DNA of 64,000 bases, taken from contig JADJEZ010000011.1 of NCBI GenBank assembly GCA_016708825.1, positions 82,171 to 146,170 of the forward strand. The letters are read 5' to 3'. This document shows, in pieces, positions 48,977 to 56,987 of the stretch. The notes beneath the pieces were generated by a model. That model searched no databases, had not been told where the DNA came from, and worked only from the letters and a program-made list of their open reading frames with translations. The number at the start of each line of letters is the position of its first letter. The first letter of the stretch is position 1. Origin of the DNA: Betaproteobacteria bacterium (lineage in GTDB: Bacteria; Pseudomonadota; Gammaproteobacteria; Burkholderiales; Usitatibacteraceae). Made by a program: the position numbers and the translations under genes.

Positions 48977-49220
48977 AGCGCATCCTCGTGATCGCGCGCC
49001 ACAACCAGGCCGAGGCGCTGCGGGTCGCGGCGGGCCTCACGCTCTTGAGCGACCCGGTGCAGGTCGCGGTGCTGGGTGCATTCGAGGACACGCCCGCCAT
49101 CGCGGAGCACCGCGAACTGCTGGAGTTCGCCGAGGTGCCCTGCGAGGTCGTGGACGATCAGCCCTGGGCGAGCGGCTCGCGGGCGCCATCCACGAGGCCG
49201 ACGTGGTCTACCTGATATGA
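48973..49220 (+). CDS. DsrF/TusC-like small protein, frame broken near 49165
   Basis: MKRILVIARHNQAEALRVAAGLTLLSDPVQVAVLGAFEDT..CEVVDDQP, then in the next frame LGERLAGAIHEADVVYLI*. ATGA overlaps at both ends. Confidence 0.4.
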
Positions 49221-49399
49221 GCGCGGGCCGGAAGATCCTCCTCCTCCACGATGCGGGCGATGCTCCAGAGGGGCTGGACGCCATCGCGGAGGCGATGCGC
49301 GCCCTGGGCGACGAGGTCGTGTTGCGCCCCTGCGCGGAGCCCTACGACGCCGTATTGGATGCGCTGGCCGCCGTCGACTCGGTCGTTTTCTGGCGGTAG
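49217..49399 (+). CDS. DsrH/TusB-like mini-protein
   Basis: MSAGRKILLLHDAGDAPEGLDAIAEAMRALGDEVVLRPCAEPYDAVLDALAAVDSVVFWR. The ..LLL.D.. and ..YD.V...L.....VV.W ending resemble the TusB/DsrH C-terminus. Only 60 aa. Confidence 0.4.
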   Translation: MSAGRKILLLHDAGDAPEGLDAIAEAMRALGDEVVLRPCAEPYDAVLDALAAVDSVVFWR

Positions 49400-49463
49400 C
49401 CCGTGGGAGTCAGGCGCTGGATGAGCCTGAGCCGGTTCACCGCGTCCGCAGCACCGTGGTCGA

Positions 49464-49491
49464 TTGGCTCTCTCCGGGCGCGGCGTACAAT
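49464..49491 (+). promoter_or_regulatory. possible sigma70 promoter for the 49522 gene
   Basis: TTGGCT-16 nt-TACAAT, about 30 nt upstream of the GGAGGG RBS and ATG 49522. Confidence 0.35.
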
Positions 49492-49521
49492 TATCCCAAT
49501 GCGTTGATCGGGAGGGTTTGC

Positions 49522-50350
49522 ATGTTCCGGAATATTTCCTTCTTCCTCGCGAGTCTCTGCCTGTCCGTCGCGCCGGCCCACGCGACCGGGTACCTTGAAA
49601 CCCCGCAACCGCGTTCCTTCCAGTCCGGTATCGGGGTCGTGAGCGGATGGCACTGCACCGCCACGACGATCCAGGTTCGGATCGACGATGCCGCGCCCTT
49701 GAGCGCCGGCACCCGCACGCAACGCAACGATACCGTTCCGGTCTGCGGTCACGCCGACACGGGCTTTTCGCTTCTCGTGAATTTCAATTCGCCTCGACCC
49801 GGCGAGACCGCACCGCATCGTGGTTTACGCGGATGGCCTCGAGTTCGCACGCGTCGACGAGTTCCACGCCCGCAATCTCGGGGCCGACTTCCTGACGGGG
49901 CGGCAGTCGATGACGCAGCTCCTCAACTTTCCGAACGTCGGGGAGCGGATCCACCTCGGCTGGTCGGAGGAGGCCCAGAACTTCTCGATCGCCGGCAGGG
50001 ACGCCGCTCCCTCGCTTTCGGGCGTCTACTACGGCGCCGAATTCGTCGACCAGTTCGCGGCGTGCTCCACGGCGCCCGCCCAGGCGCCACGAAAGGCCCA
50101 GTTCTCGGTGGCGATCGCGGAGGGCAGGCTGACGCTCGCGTCGCTGCTGGACGACGGCACGCGATGCACGCTTTCCGCACCGGGCAGGCTCGAGCCGGAC
50201 GGCTACTTCCGCACCTTCGTCGATGAGACCCTGTCGAGCAGCTGCGTCTTCTACAGCGGGGGTTTCCGGCTTGCCGTCAATGGCGAACGTCTCGAGGGAA
50301 GAAGCGTCGACGGCGTCTGCCAGAATCATCGCGCGGTGGGCGCCAAGTAG
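49522..50350 (+). CDS. secreted hypothetical protein, frame broken near 49800
   Basis: Signal peptide MFRNISFFLASLCLSVAPAHA, then ..GIGVVSGWHCTATTIQVRIDD..VCGHADTGFSLLVNFN. It continues in ORF 49820..50350 (..IVVYADGLEFARVDEF..). No family recognised. Confidence 0.5.
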
Positions 50351-50412
50351 CCGTCGGGAATCCTTGAACTGTTTCAAGGCGCCCGACATCCCCGGCGGGC
50401 GATCATCGCGGG

Positions 50413-51672
50413 ATGGTCATTCCCATTTCCCGCGCCGGTCCTTCGCCCACCGGGCCGCAGTCGACCTGGGCCGTCTGGACCTCGTGCCCGCACCGCGTGA
50501 TGTTCCTGCCGGGCGCGCTCCAGCTCATCGCCGCGATCGCGCTCGTCGCCTGGGAAGTCGGCGGGCGAAGCCTGGGGCTCTGGGCCACGCCGGCCTGGAC
50601 CGTGCCTCCCGCCTGGAGCCACGCGTACCTGATGCTCTTCGGCCTGTTTCCGTGGTTCGTGTTCGGATTCGCGATGACCGCGATCCCGAACTGGACGAAC
50701 GTGCGCATCGCGCGCGGGGCGTGGCTCGCCTGCGCGCTGCCCATGATCGCCGGGCTCGTGCTCTTCCACGCGGGGCTCGTCGCGCACCGTGAACTCGTGG
50801 TGGCGGGCGGCGCCTTGCAGCTCGCGGGCTGGCTCGCGGGTTGCGTTGCGCTCGCGCGGATCGTGTTCGCGGGCGCGGGGCGCGATGCCCAGGCGATATC
50901 GATCGTGGTGCTGCTCTTCGTCGGCGGCCTCTCGGCGGCGTTCTTCCTCGCGGCCATCGCGCGCCTGGACGCGGACTGCGTAGCCCTTTCCGCGAACGCC
51001 GGCCTGTGGCTCTTCCTGCTGCCGCTCTTCCTGGTCGTGGGCCACCGGATGATCCCGTTCTTCTCGAGCCGCGTGCTGTCCGGCTACGCGATGTACCGGC
51101 CGTCGTTCTCGCTGCCGTTCCTGGGTGCGGCCTGCGTCACCCACTACCTCCTCGAGAGCGCCTCGGCGACGGGCTGGACGTGGATCGCGGACGCGCCCAT
51201 GGCCGCGTGGGTGGGCTGGCTCGTGTGGAAGTGGGGGCTCGCGCAAAGCTTTCGGGCGCGGCTCCTCGCGATGCTGCACGTCTCGCTCACCGTGCTCGCC
51301 GCGGCGCTCGCGTTTTCGGCCGTCGCGAGCCTCGCGACACTCGCGGGATACCCCGGCCTTTTCGGGCGCGGCCCGCTGCACCTGCTCGCCGTGGGCTACA
51401 TCGCGGCCATGACGCTGGGCATGGTCTCGCGCGTCTCCCTCGGGCACGCGGGGCGCGCGCTCGAAGCGGACGCGATGACCTGGTACGGGTTCCTCGCGCT
51501 GATCGGCGTGGGCGTGGTCCGCGCCGCCGCGGATTTCGCGCCGCTGGCCGGCGCGCCACGGGCGGCGCTGCTCGGCGTCTCCGCGCTCGCCTGGATCGTC
51601 GTCGTGACGAGCTGGGCGGTGCGCTTCGTGCCCTTGTACCTCCAGCCGCGCCGCGACGCCCGGCCCGGCTAG
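50413..51672 (+). CDS. nnrS: NnrS-family heme/copper membrane protein
   Basis: SHAYLMLFGLFPWFVFGFAMTAIPNWT, GHRMIPFFS, LLAVGYIAAMTLGMVSRVSLGHAG. About 12 TM. Intact; start uncertain. Confidence 0.8.
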   Translation: MVIPISRAGPSPTGPQSTWAVWTSCPHRVMFLPGALQLIAAIALVAWEVGGRSLGLWATPAWTVPPAWSHAYLMLFGLFPWFVFGFAMTAIPNWTNVRIARGAWLACALPMIAGLVLFHAGLVAHRELVVAGGALQLAGWLAGCVALARIVFAGAGRDAQAISIVVLLFVGGLSAAFFLAAIARLDADCVALSANAGLWLFLLPLFLVVGHRMIPFFSSRVLSGYAMYRPSFSLPFLGAACVTHYLLESASATGWTWIADAPMAAWVGWLVWKWGLAQSFRARLLAMLHVSLTVLAAALAFSAVASLATLAGYPGLFGRGPLHLLAVGYIAAMTLGMVSRVSLGHAGRALEADAMTWYGFLALIGVGVVRAAADFAPLAGAPRAALLGVSALAWIVVVTSWAVRFVPLYLQPRRDARPG

Positions 51673-51697
51673 CTCGCGCGGCAGCCCGCCCGGCGCG

Positions 51698-52237
51698 TTA
51701 CGCGGGAAACGCGACGCCGCGCCGCGCCGCCATGGAGCGCCCGAGGGCCTCCAGGTCGGCGGCTGAGCAATGGCGCTTCACGAGACCGGGAATCGCCCCT
51801 TCCTCCGCCGGGATGTGCGTGTCGTAGATCGCCTGCAGCGCGGCGATGTCGGCCGCGTCCATCGAACGGGCCATGCCGTCGGCGATCGCCTGCAGGGGCT
51901 TGCGGATCTTCGCCCACGCCGGCGCCATGCGGCCGTGGTCATCCTCGAGCCGCGCGCGCAGTGCGCGGAACTGCTCGAGTTCCGCGCCCGGGGGAATCCG
52001 GTTCTCGAGAAGCGGGAAGAGGTCGAGATCCTCGTCCTCGTGGTGGTGCGGCGCCGCCTTCTCGAAATAGCGCAGCACCGCGAGGGCGGCGTTGCTCGCG
52101 TCCGCGTCCACGCCCTTGTCCGCGAGGTGCGCGGGGAGCTTCGCGAGCGTCTTCAGCTGCTTCTCGATCCTGCGGTGGCATCCCATCCACATGCCGATGG
52201 GGTCGTCGAATCCCGCGGGGGTGTCGAAGAGGTTCAT
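51698..52237 (-). CDS. hemerythrin-domain (HHE cation-binding) protein
   Basis: MNLFDTPAGFDDPIGMWMGCHRRIEKQL.., ..APHHHEDEDLDLFPLL.., LEDDHGRM. Convergent with nnrS. Confidence 0.7.
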   Translation of the reverse strand: MNLFDTPAGFDDPIGMWMGCHRRIEKQLKTLAKLPAHLADKGVDADASNAALAVLRYFEKAAPHHHEDEDLDLFPLLENRIPPGAELEQFRALRARLEDDHGRMAPAWAKIRKPLQAIADGMARSMDAADIAALQAIYDTHIPAEEGAIPGLVKRHCSAADLEALGRSMAARRGVAFPA

Positions 52238-52346
52238 GGGCGCAATTTTACGCGCCTGCATTTGGCCGGAGTGCTGCGCTGCAATACGCGATCCTGCCGC
52301 CGGGCGCGGATGCGCCCCCGTGGCGGGAGCGCACGAGTTGCGCGCC

Positions 52347-53018
52347 TCAGCCCCGCGTCCGGTCGGCGATCACGACGTAGCGCTGGTCGGTGCCGGGCTG
52401 CACGGCGTCGAAGGGCCAGCAGGTGATGAGCGTGAGTTGCGGCGAGTCGGCGGGATCGAGGGGCCGCGTGTCGTGCTTGTCCACGACGGCCACCTCGCGC
52501 ACGAGGTAGCGGCTCACGCGCCCGCGCGCGTCCTCGACCAGGATCTCCTCGTTTTCGTGCAGGTCGCGCAGGAACGCGAAGTGCGTGTCGCGGTGGGCGA
52601 CGATCACGCTGTTGCCCTCCGAGCCCGGGGCGGCGGTGCCGTCCACGTGACCCGGGCCGAAGGCGAGGGAGCGCCCGCTGGTGCCGGCGAGCACGAAGAG
52701 CTCGACGTGGCGTGACGGCACCGTGAGCCGCGCCACGGGGTGGGTGTCGGCCCACGGCCACGGGCGCTTCGCACCGTCCTCCTGCATGCCGGACCACGAC
52801 GAGGCGATGAGGCGTTGCGCGAGCGCGGCCTTGGCCTGGATCCACACGGCGCCGCCCAGTTGCCAGCCGGCGAGGGCGACGAGGAGCAGGACGAGCGCGA
52901 CGACGGGCGCCCTCCGGCTGTTGCGCACGGGCCGGCCCGGTGTCGCGGACGGCTCCGTACCGTAGGCACGTCCGCGCAAGGCGTAGCTCGAAGTGCCGTT
53001 CACGTGCCAGGCGCTCAT
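52347..53018 (-). CDS. class GN (proteobacterial) sortase
   Basis: TM anchor (VVALVLLLVALAGW), ..GNSVIVAHRDTHF.. and catalytic ..QLTLITCWPF... ATG 53018 overlaps the stop of the target gene (ATGA). Only the tail of track ORF 52347..54344 is real. Confidence 0.85.
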   Translation of the reverse strand: MSAWHVNGTSSYALRGRAYGTEPSATPGRPVRNSRRAPVVALVLLLVALAGWQLGGAVWIQAKAALAQRLIASSWSGMQEDGAKRPWPWADTHPVARLTVPSRHVELFVLAGTSGRSLAFGPGHVDGTAAPGSEGNSVIVAHRDTHFAFLRDLHENEEILVEDARGRVSRYLVREVAVVDKHDTRPLDPADSPQLTLITCWPFDAVQPGTDQRYVVIADRTRG

Positions 53019-55219
53019 CGCGCGCCCTCCGCCGGTTGCGCGGCGTGTTCGCCACCTCCTGCCGGGATGGATCGCCCGATAAGGGCGCCCACCCCGGCGG
53101 CTGCCAGCGCAAGGAGACCCAGCAGGATCTGCAGGGTGAAGGCGGTGTCGGTCTGCGGAAGCTCGCCGGCGATCATCGAGCGCGGCGCGGAGGTCTTCAC
53201 GAGCGCGCTGCGCTTTTCGCCGCCGGGCGCGGTGGGCGTCACGTCCACGGCGACGAGGCTCGTGTAGCGCGAGACCAGGTGATGCTCCAGGGCGACCTTC
53301 ACCACGGCCGGGCGGATCAGCGCCTCGTCGGCTCCCAGGCGCAGCTCGTCCATCAGGGACGCGATCCTCGCCCTGGCCCAGAGGGCGCCCACGCCGGTCG
53401 GCTCTTCGGCAGCCGTCGGCGTGAGCGCCACGCTCCAGGGTTGGTTTCCGCGCATCCCGGAGACGACGATCGTCCCCTTGAGCGAGGCATGGGCGGCGGC
53501 GACCACGACCGGCTCGCCGAGGTAGAGGTCGGGCACGCGGGCCGGATAGGTCTCCACGGGCGTGCCGTCGGGCCAGCGGATCGAGACGTCCTTCAGCACC
53601 GGCGACTCGATCTTCGCGAAGAGCTTCGACATCTTTTCCTCCACCTCGCGCAGATCGCCGATGTAGGTGAAGCTGCCGCGGCCGAAGAGCGCGGCCTTGG
53701 TCATGAAGTGGCTGTTGGGGGCCGAGCCGATGCCCACGGTGAAGAGCCGCGTGGAGCCCAGGCGCTGCGCGATCAGCTTGAAGAGATGGTCCTCGTTGCC
53801 CACGGCGCCGTCGGTCATGAAGATCACCTGGCGCAGGTACCCGGCGGTGTCGCGCCCGTTCAGCGCGAAGGCGAGTGCGCCCGCCATCTCCGTGCCGCCG
53901 TTGGCCTGGAGCTTCGACACCCAGGCCCTCGCGTACTGCAGGTTTTCGGCGGTGGCGGGAAGCGCGTCGGGCCACATCGGGCGCGTGGATGAGTTGAACT
54001 CCACCACGTTGAAGCGGTCGCGCGCGGTGAGGGTGGAGAGGCCCGTGAGGAGCGCTTCCCGCGCCTGCTGGATCGAGGTGCCCTGCATGGAGCCGGAGGT
54101 GTCGATCACGAACACGGTCTCGCGCGGCAGGGGCGCGATGGCGGCCTTCTCCTGCGCCGTGGGCTGCGGCGGCATCACCAGGAGCAGCGCGTAGTCGGTG
54201 CCGTTGCGCGTCTCCAGGAACGCCGCCGCCAGGGGCGCGGAGCCGCCCGCCGGCGACCACACGAGCTCGAAGTCGCGGTCGGCTTCCTCCTGCTCCTTCT
54301 TGAGGTAGAGCACGGTGCGCGAGCCCGAATCCTTCTCGATCCACGCGTCGTGGTAGGAGCTGGTCACCTTCGCGAGCGGGACACCGAAGTCGATCACCAC
54401 GCCGATCGCCACCGGGTTCACCGCGCCCGCGCCGGCCGGCGCGTAATCCGGGTGAAGGACGGGGTCTGGCCCGGTCGCCGGGGGTGCGCCCAGGGAGTCC
54501 ACGGTCGCCTGATACGCCTCGATCGCCTTCGGTTCATCGGGGATCGCGGCGCCGGCCGGCTCGTAGCGCGGCGTGATCGCGAGCGGGAAGCGCAACCGGT
54601 ACTCGCCATTGTCGATGGCAAGCGTCTGCTGGTACTCGATCATCACGCGCACGTACTCGTGCGGGCCGATGTTCGCGACGGCGTTGGTGAAGAGGTTGGG
54701 GCGCTGCTGCTCGACGAGCGCGGCCTTCTTCCCCTCGCGCTTCGCTTCGGCGTAGATGCGCCGGGCCGCCTCCTTTTCCTTCACCTGCCCCTCGATCACG
54801 CGCTCGCCGATGCGCAGCCGCAGCCGGTCGACCGCGGCGTTCTCCGGGAGCGGAAAGACATAGACGCCCTCGACCCAGTCCTCGCCCGGGTTGTGGAAGG
54901 TCTGGGACACGCGGGTGCGGGCGACGATGCCGGTCACGTGGATCGTGACTTCGGTCTCCACCTTGGGCGCCGGCGCGAAGGCCCCCGCCTCGCCGGTGCG
55001 AAAGAGGAGCGTGCCGGTCCGCGCGTCGTTGGGCTTCGACTGCGCCCGCGCCGAGGTCGCGAGCCCCAGGGCCACGAGGCCGAACACCACGCTCGCGGCG
55101 ATTCCCGAGACGATCGCCTTGCCCAGCAGTTCGATGAAGTCGGCCCGCAACGACTGGAGCCCGCCCTGGTATCCGCCTGACTTGCCCGCCATGTTCTTTC
55201 CCCTGGTGTGCCGACCCAT
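53015..55219 (-). CDS. sortase target protein with VIT and von Willebrand A domains
   Basis: Intact 734-aa ORF. VIT-like N-terminus (..VTGIVARTRVSQTFHN..YVFPLPENAAV), vWA MIDAS (VFVIDTSGSM), C-terminal sorting signal ELPQTDT + TM (LQILLGLLALAAAGVGALIG) + basic residue. Start is ATG 55219 or 55192. Confidence 0.85.
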   Translation of the reverse strand: MGRHTRGKNMAGKSGGYQGGLQSLRADFIELLGKAIVSGIAASVVFGLVALGLATSARAQSKPNDARTGTLLFRTGEAGAFAPAPKVETEVTIHVTGIVARTRVSQTFHNPGEDWVEGVYVFPLPENAAVDRLRLRIGERVIEGQVKEKEAARRIYAEAKREGKKAALVEQQRPNLFTNAVANIGPHEYVRVMIEYQQTLAIDNGEYRLRFPLAITPRYEPAGAAIPDEPKAIEAYQATVDSLGAPPATGPDPVLHPDYAPAGAGAVNPVAIGVVIDFGVPLAKVTSSYHDAWIEKDSGSRTVLYLKKEQEEADRDFELVWSPAGGSAPLAAAFLETRNGTDYALLLVMPPQPTAQEKAAIAPLPRETVFVIDTSGSMQGTSIQQAREALLTGLSTLTARDRFNVVEFNSSTRPMWPDALPATAENLQYARAWVSKLQANGGTEMAGALAFALNGRDTAGYLRQVIFMTDGAVGNEDHLFKLIAQRLGSTRLFTVGIGSAPNSHFMTKAALFGRGSFTYIGDLREVEEKMSKLFAKIESPVLKDVSIRWPDGTPVETYPARVPDLYLGEPVVVAAAHASLKGTIVVSGMRGNQPWSVALTPTAAEEPTGVGALWARARIASLMDELRLGADEALIRPAVVKVALEHHLVSRYTSLVAVDVTPTAPGGEKRSALVKTSAPRSMIAGELPQTDTAFTLQILLGLLALAAAGVGALIGRSIPAGGGEHAAQPAEGAR

Positions 55220-55354
55220 TCGGCAGGCCCATTACGCGCGGGCGGGAGGGCGCCATGCTTGGGGAAAGCGGGAAGGGCGCCGACCAATTCGGGCGGAAAA
55301 ATGACGCGGAAGCGGGGACGCTCCTCCATTCCCGGGAAATAGGGGAGCGTCCCC

Positions 55355-55360
55355 TATAAT
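55355..55360 (+). promoter_or_regulatory. perfect TATAAT hexamer 6 nt upstream of the response-regulator ATG
   Basis: cccc-TATAAT-tcgcgc-ATG. It is preceded by the palindromes TTCCCGGGAA (55329-38) and AGGGGA-gcg-TCCCCT (55341-55). Confidence 0.35.
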
Positions 55361-55366
55361 TCGCGC

Positions 55367-56062
55367 ATGCCGCGCCGCATCGCGCTCGTCGAGGACGACG
55401 CCACCATCCGCCAGAACTACGCCGAGGCGCTCGCCCGCGCGGGCTACGAGGTGCAGGCCTTCGCCGACCGGCCCCAGGCGATGCGCTCGCTCTCCACGCG
55501 GCTGCCGGATCTCGCGATCATCGACATCGGCCTGGGCGCGGAGATCGACGGCGGCTTCACCCTGTGCCGCGAGCTGCGCGCCCTTTCGGCCACGCTTCCG
55601 ATCATCTTCCTGTCGGCGCGCGATTCGGATTTCGACATCGTCTCGGGCCTGCGCCTGGGCGCCGACGACTACCTCACCAAGGACGCGAGCCTGCCGCATC
55701 TCCTCGCCCGCATCGCCGCGCTCTTCCGGCGCGTGGAGGCGGGGCGGGAGCCGGCGAAGGACGACGAGCGGCTGGTGCGCGGGCCGCTCGAGCTCGACGC
55801 CGCGCGCATGACGGCGCTCTGGCACGGCCGGCCCGTGGACCTCACGGTGACGGAGTTCTGGATGGTGCGCTCGCTCGCGCGCCACCCCGGCCACGTGAAG
55901 GACCGCGACACACTCATGCGCGACGCGGAGATGGTCGTCGACGACGGCACCATCACCTCGCACGTGAAGCGCATCCGCCGCAAGTTCCAGGCCGTCGACC
56001 CGGCGTTCGACGCGATCGAGACGGTCTACGGCATGGGCTACCGCTGGACGGAAAGGGCGTGA
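55367..56062 (+). CDS. OmpR-family response regulator (dedicated sortase system type)
   Basis: Receiver (IALVEDDATIRQ.., DLAIIDIGL, SARD) plus winged-helix (..LTVTEFWMVRSLARHPG.., YGMGYRW). Divergent from the sortase target gene. Confidence 0.85.
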   Translation: MPRRIALVEDDATIRQNYAEALARAGYEVQAFADRPQAMRSLSTRLPDLAIIDIGLGAEIDGGFTLCRELRALSATLPIIFLSARDSDFDIVSGLRLGADDYLTKDASLPHLLARIAALFRRVEAGREPAKDDERLVRGPLELDAARMTALWHGRPVDLTVTEFWMVRSLARHPGHVKDRDTLMRDAEMVVDDGTITSHVKRIRRKFQAVDPAFDAIETVYGMGYRWTERA

Positions 56063-56979
56063 GGCGCGCCGCCCTGGCGCTCGCGGCACTGGCTGCGGGA
56101 AGTGCCACCGGCGCGCCGGGAAACCTCTGGCACGCGCAGGTCGACAATGACGTCGCCTTCCACACCGACCGCTGGTACACGAGCGGGGTACGGATCTATC
56201 GCTCGACGCCAGCCGAGGGCGATTCGCCGTTTGCCGCGTTCCTGCGACTGCCGTCCGCGCGGCCCTACCGGATCGACGTGGGCCTCGTGCACGAGGTGCA
56301 CACGGGCGACGGCCGTGCCGATCCCGCGCGCGTCGACCGCCCCAACGCCGCACGGCTGCTCCTTTCCGTGGCGCGTCACGATCTCGGGCCCGACTTGCTG
56401 GCCACCTGGGAGGTGGACGCGGGCGTCTCCGGCCCCGCGGCCCTGGGCAGGCAGACGCAGGAAGCAATCCACCGCATCGCCCCCGCGCCGGCCACCGACT
56501 GGTCGCATCAGGTGGCCAACCGCGCCGACCTGCAGGTGGCGGGCGCATGGTCGCGCCGCTTCGGTCCCAAGGCGCTGCCCGGTTCGCTGGTGATCCATGG
56601 CGGCGCGGTCGCCGGCACGCTCGTCGCCTTCGGCCACGCCGGGATCGAATGGCGAAGCGAGTCGCCGGCCCAGGCGCCCAATGCGCTGCTTCGCTACGCC
56701 GCCACGCCGCCGCTGCCGCGAACCACCCACGGGTGGTCGTTCTTCGGCGGCGCCGGAGTGCGCGCCGTGGCCCGCAATCGCCTCCTGGAGCGGCGCGACG
56801 ACGATCCGCGCACAGAGGCGGCTCACCGGCGCGGTGTTGCCCGCCTCGCCGTGGGGCTCGCGTGGTCCGGCCCCTGGGGCGAGGTCGCGCTGGGCCTCGC
56901 GCAGGACTCGCGCGAGTTCGAGGGCCAGCAGGCGCCGCACCGCTTCGGCTCCCTCACCGTCTCCCTCCCCGTCGATTGA
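56059..56979 (+). CDS. DUF2219 / LpxR-like outer-membrane protein
   Basis: Signal peptide, then ..QVDNDVAFHTDRWYTSGVRIY.. matching the lipid A deacylase LpxR-family N-terminal motif. Beta-rich. GTG 56059 overlaps the regulator stop. Confidence 0.55.
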   Translation: MRRAALALAALAAGSATGAPGNLWHAQVDNDVAFHTDRWYTSGVRIYRSTPAEGDSPFAAFLRLPSARPYRIDVGLVHEVHTGDGRADPARVDRPNAARLLLSVARHDLGPDLLATWEVDAGVSGPAALGRQTQEAIHRIAPAPATDWSHQVANRADLQVAGAWSRRFGPKALPGSLVIHGGAVAGTLVAFGHAGIEWRSESPAQAPNALLRYAATPPLPRTTHGWSFFGGAGVRAVARNRLLERRDDDPRTEAAHRRGVARLAVGLAWSGPWGEVALGLAQDSREFEGQQAPHRFGSLTVSLPVD

Positions 56980-56987
56980 GCGCGACC

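Noticed and set aside
38337-49399. Interpreting the cytochrome/porin locus as a horizontally acquired island or prophage remnant
   Set aside because: There is no integrase, transposase or flanking direct repeats. The adjacent tRNA-Pro has no duplicated 3' end that I can find, and the composition is not obviously different from the flanks.
52347-54344. 665-aa minus-strand ORF
   Set aside because: Only the last 223 codons (sortase, from ATG 53018) are credible. The rest is an alternate frame of the vWA target gene.
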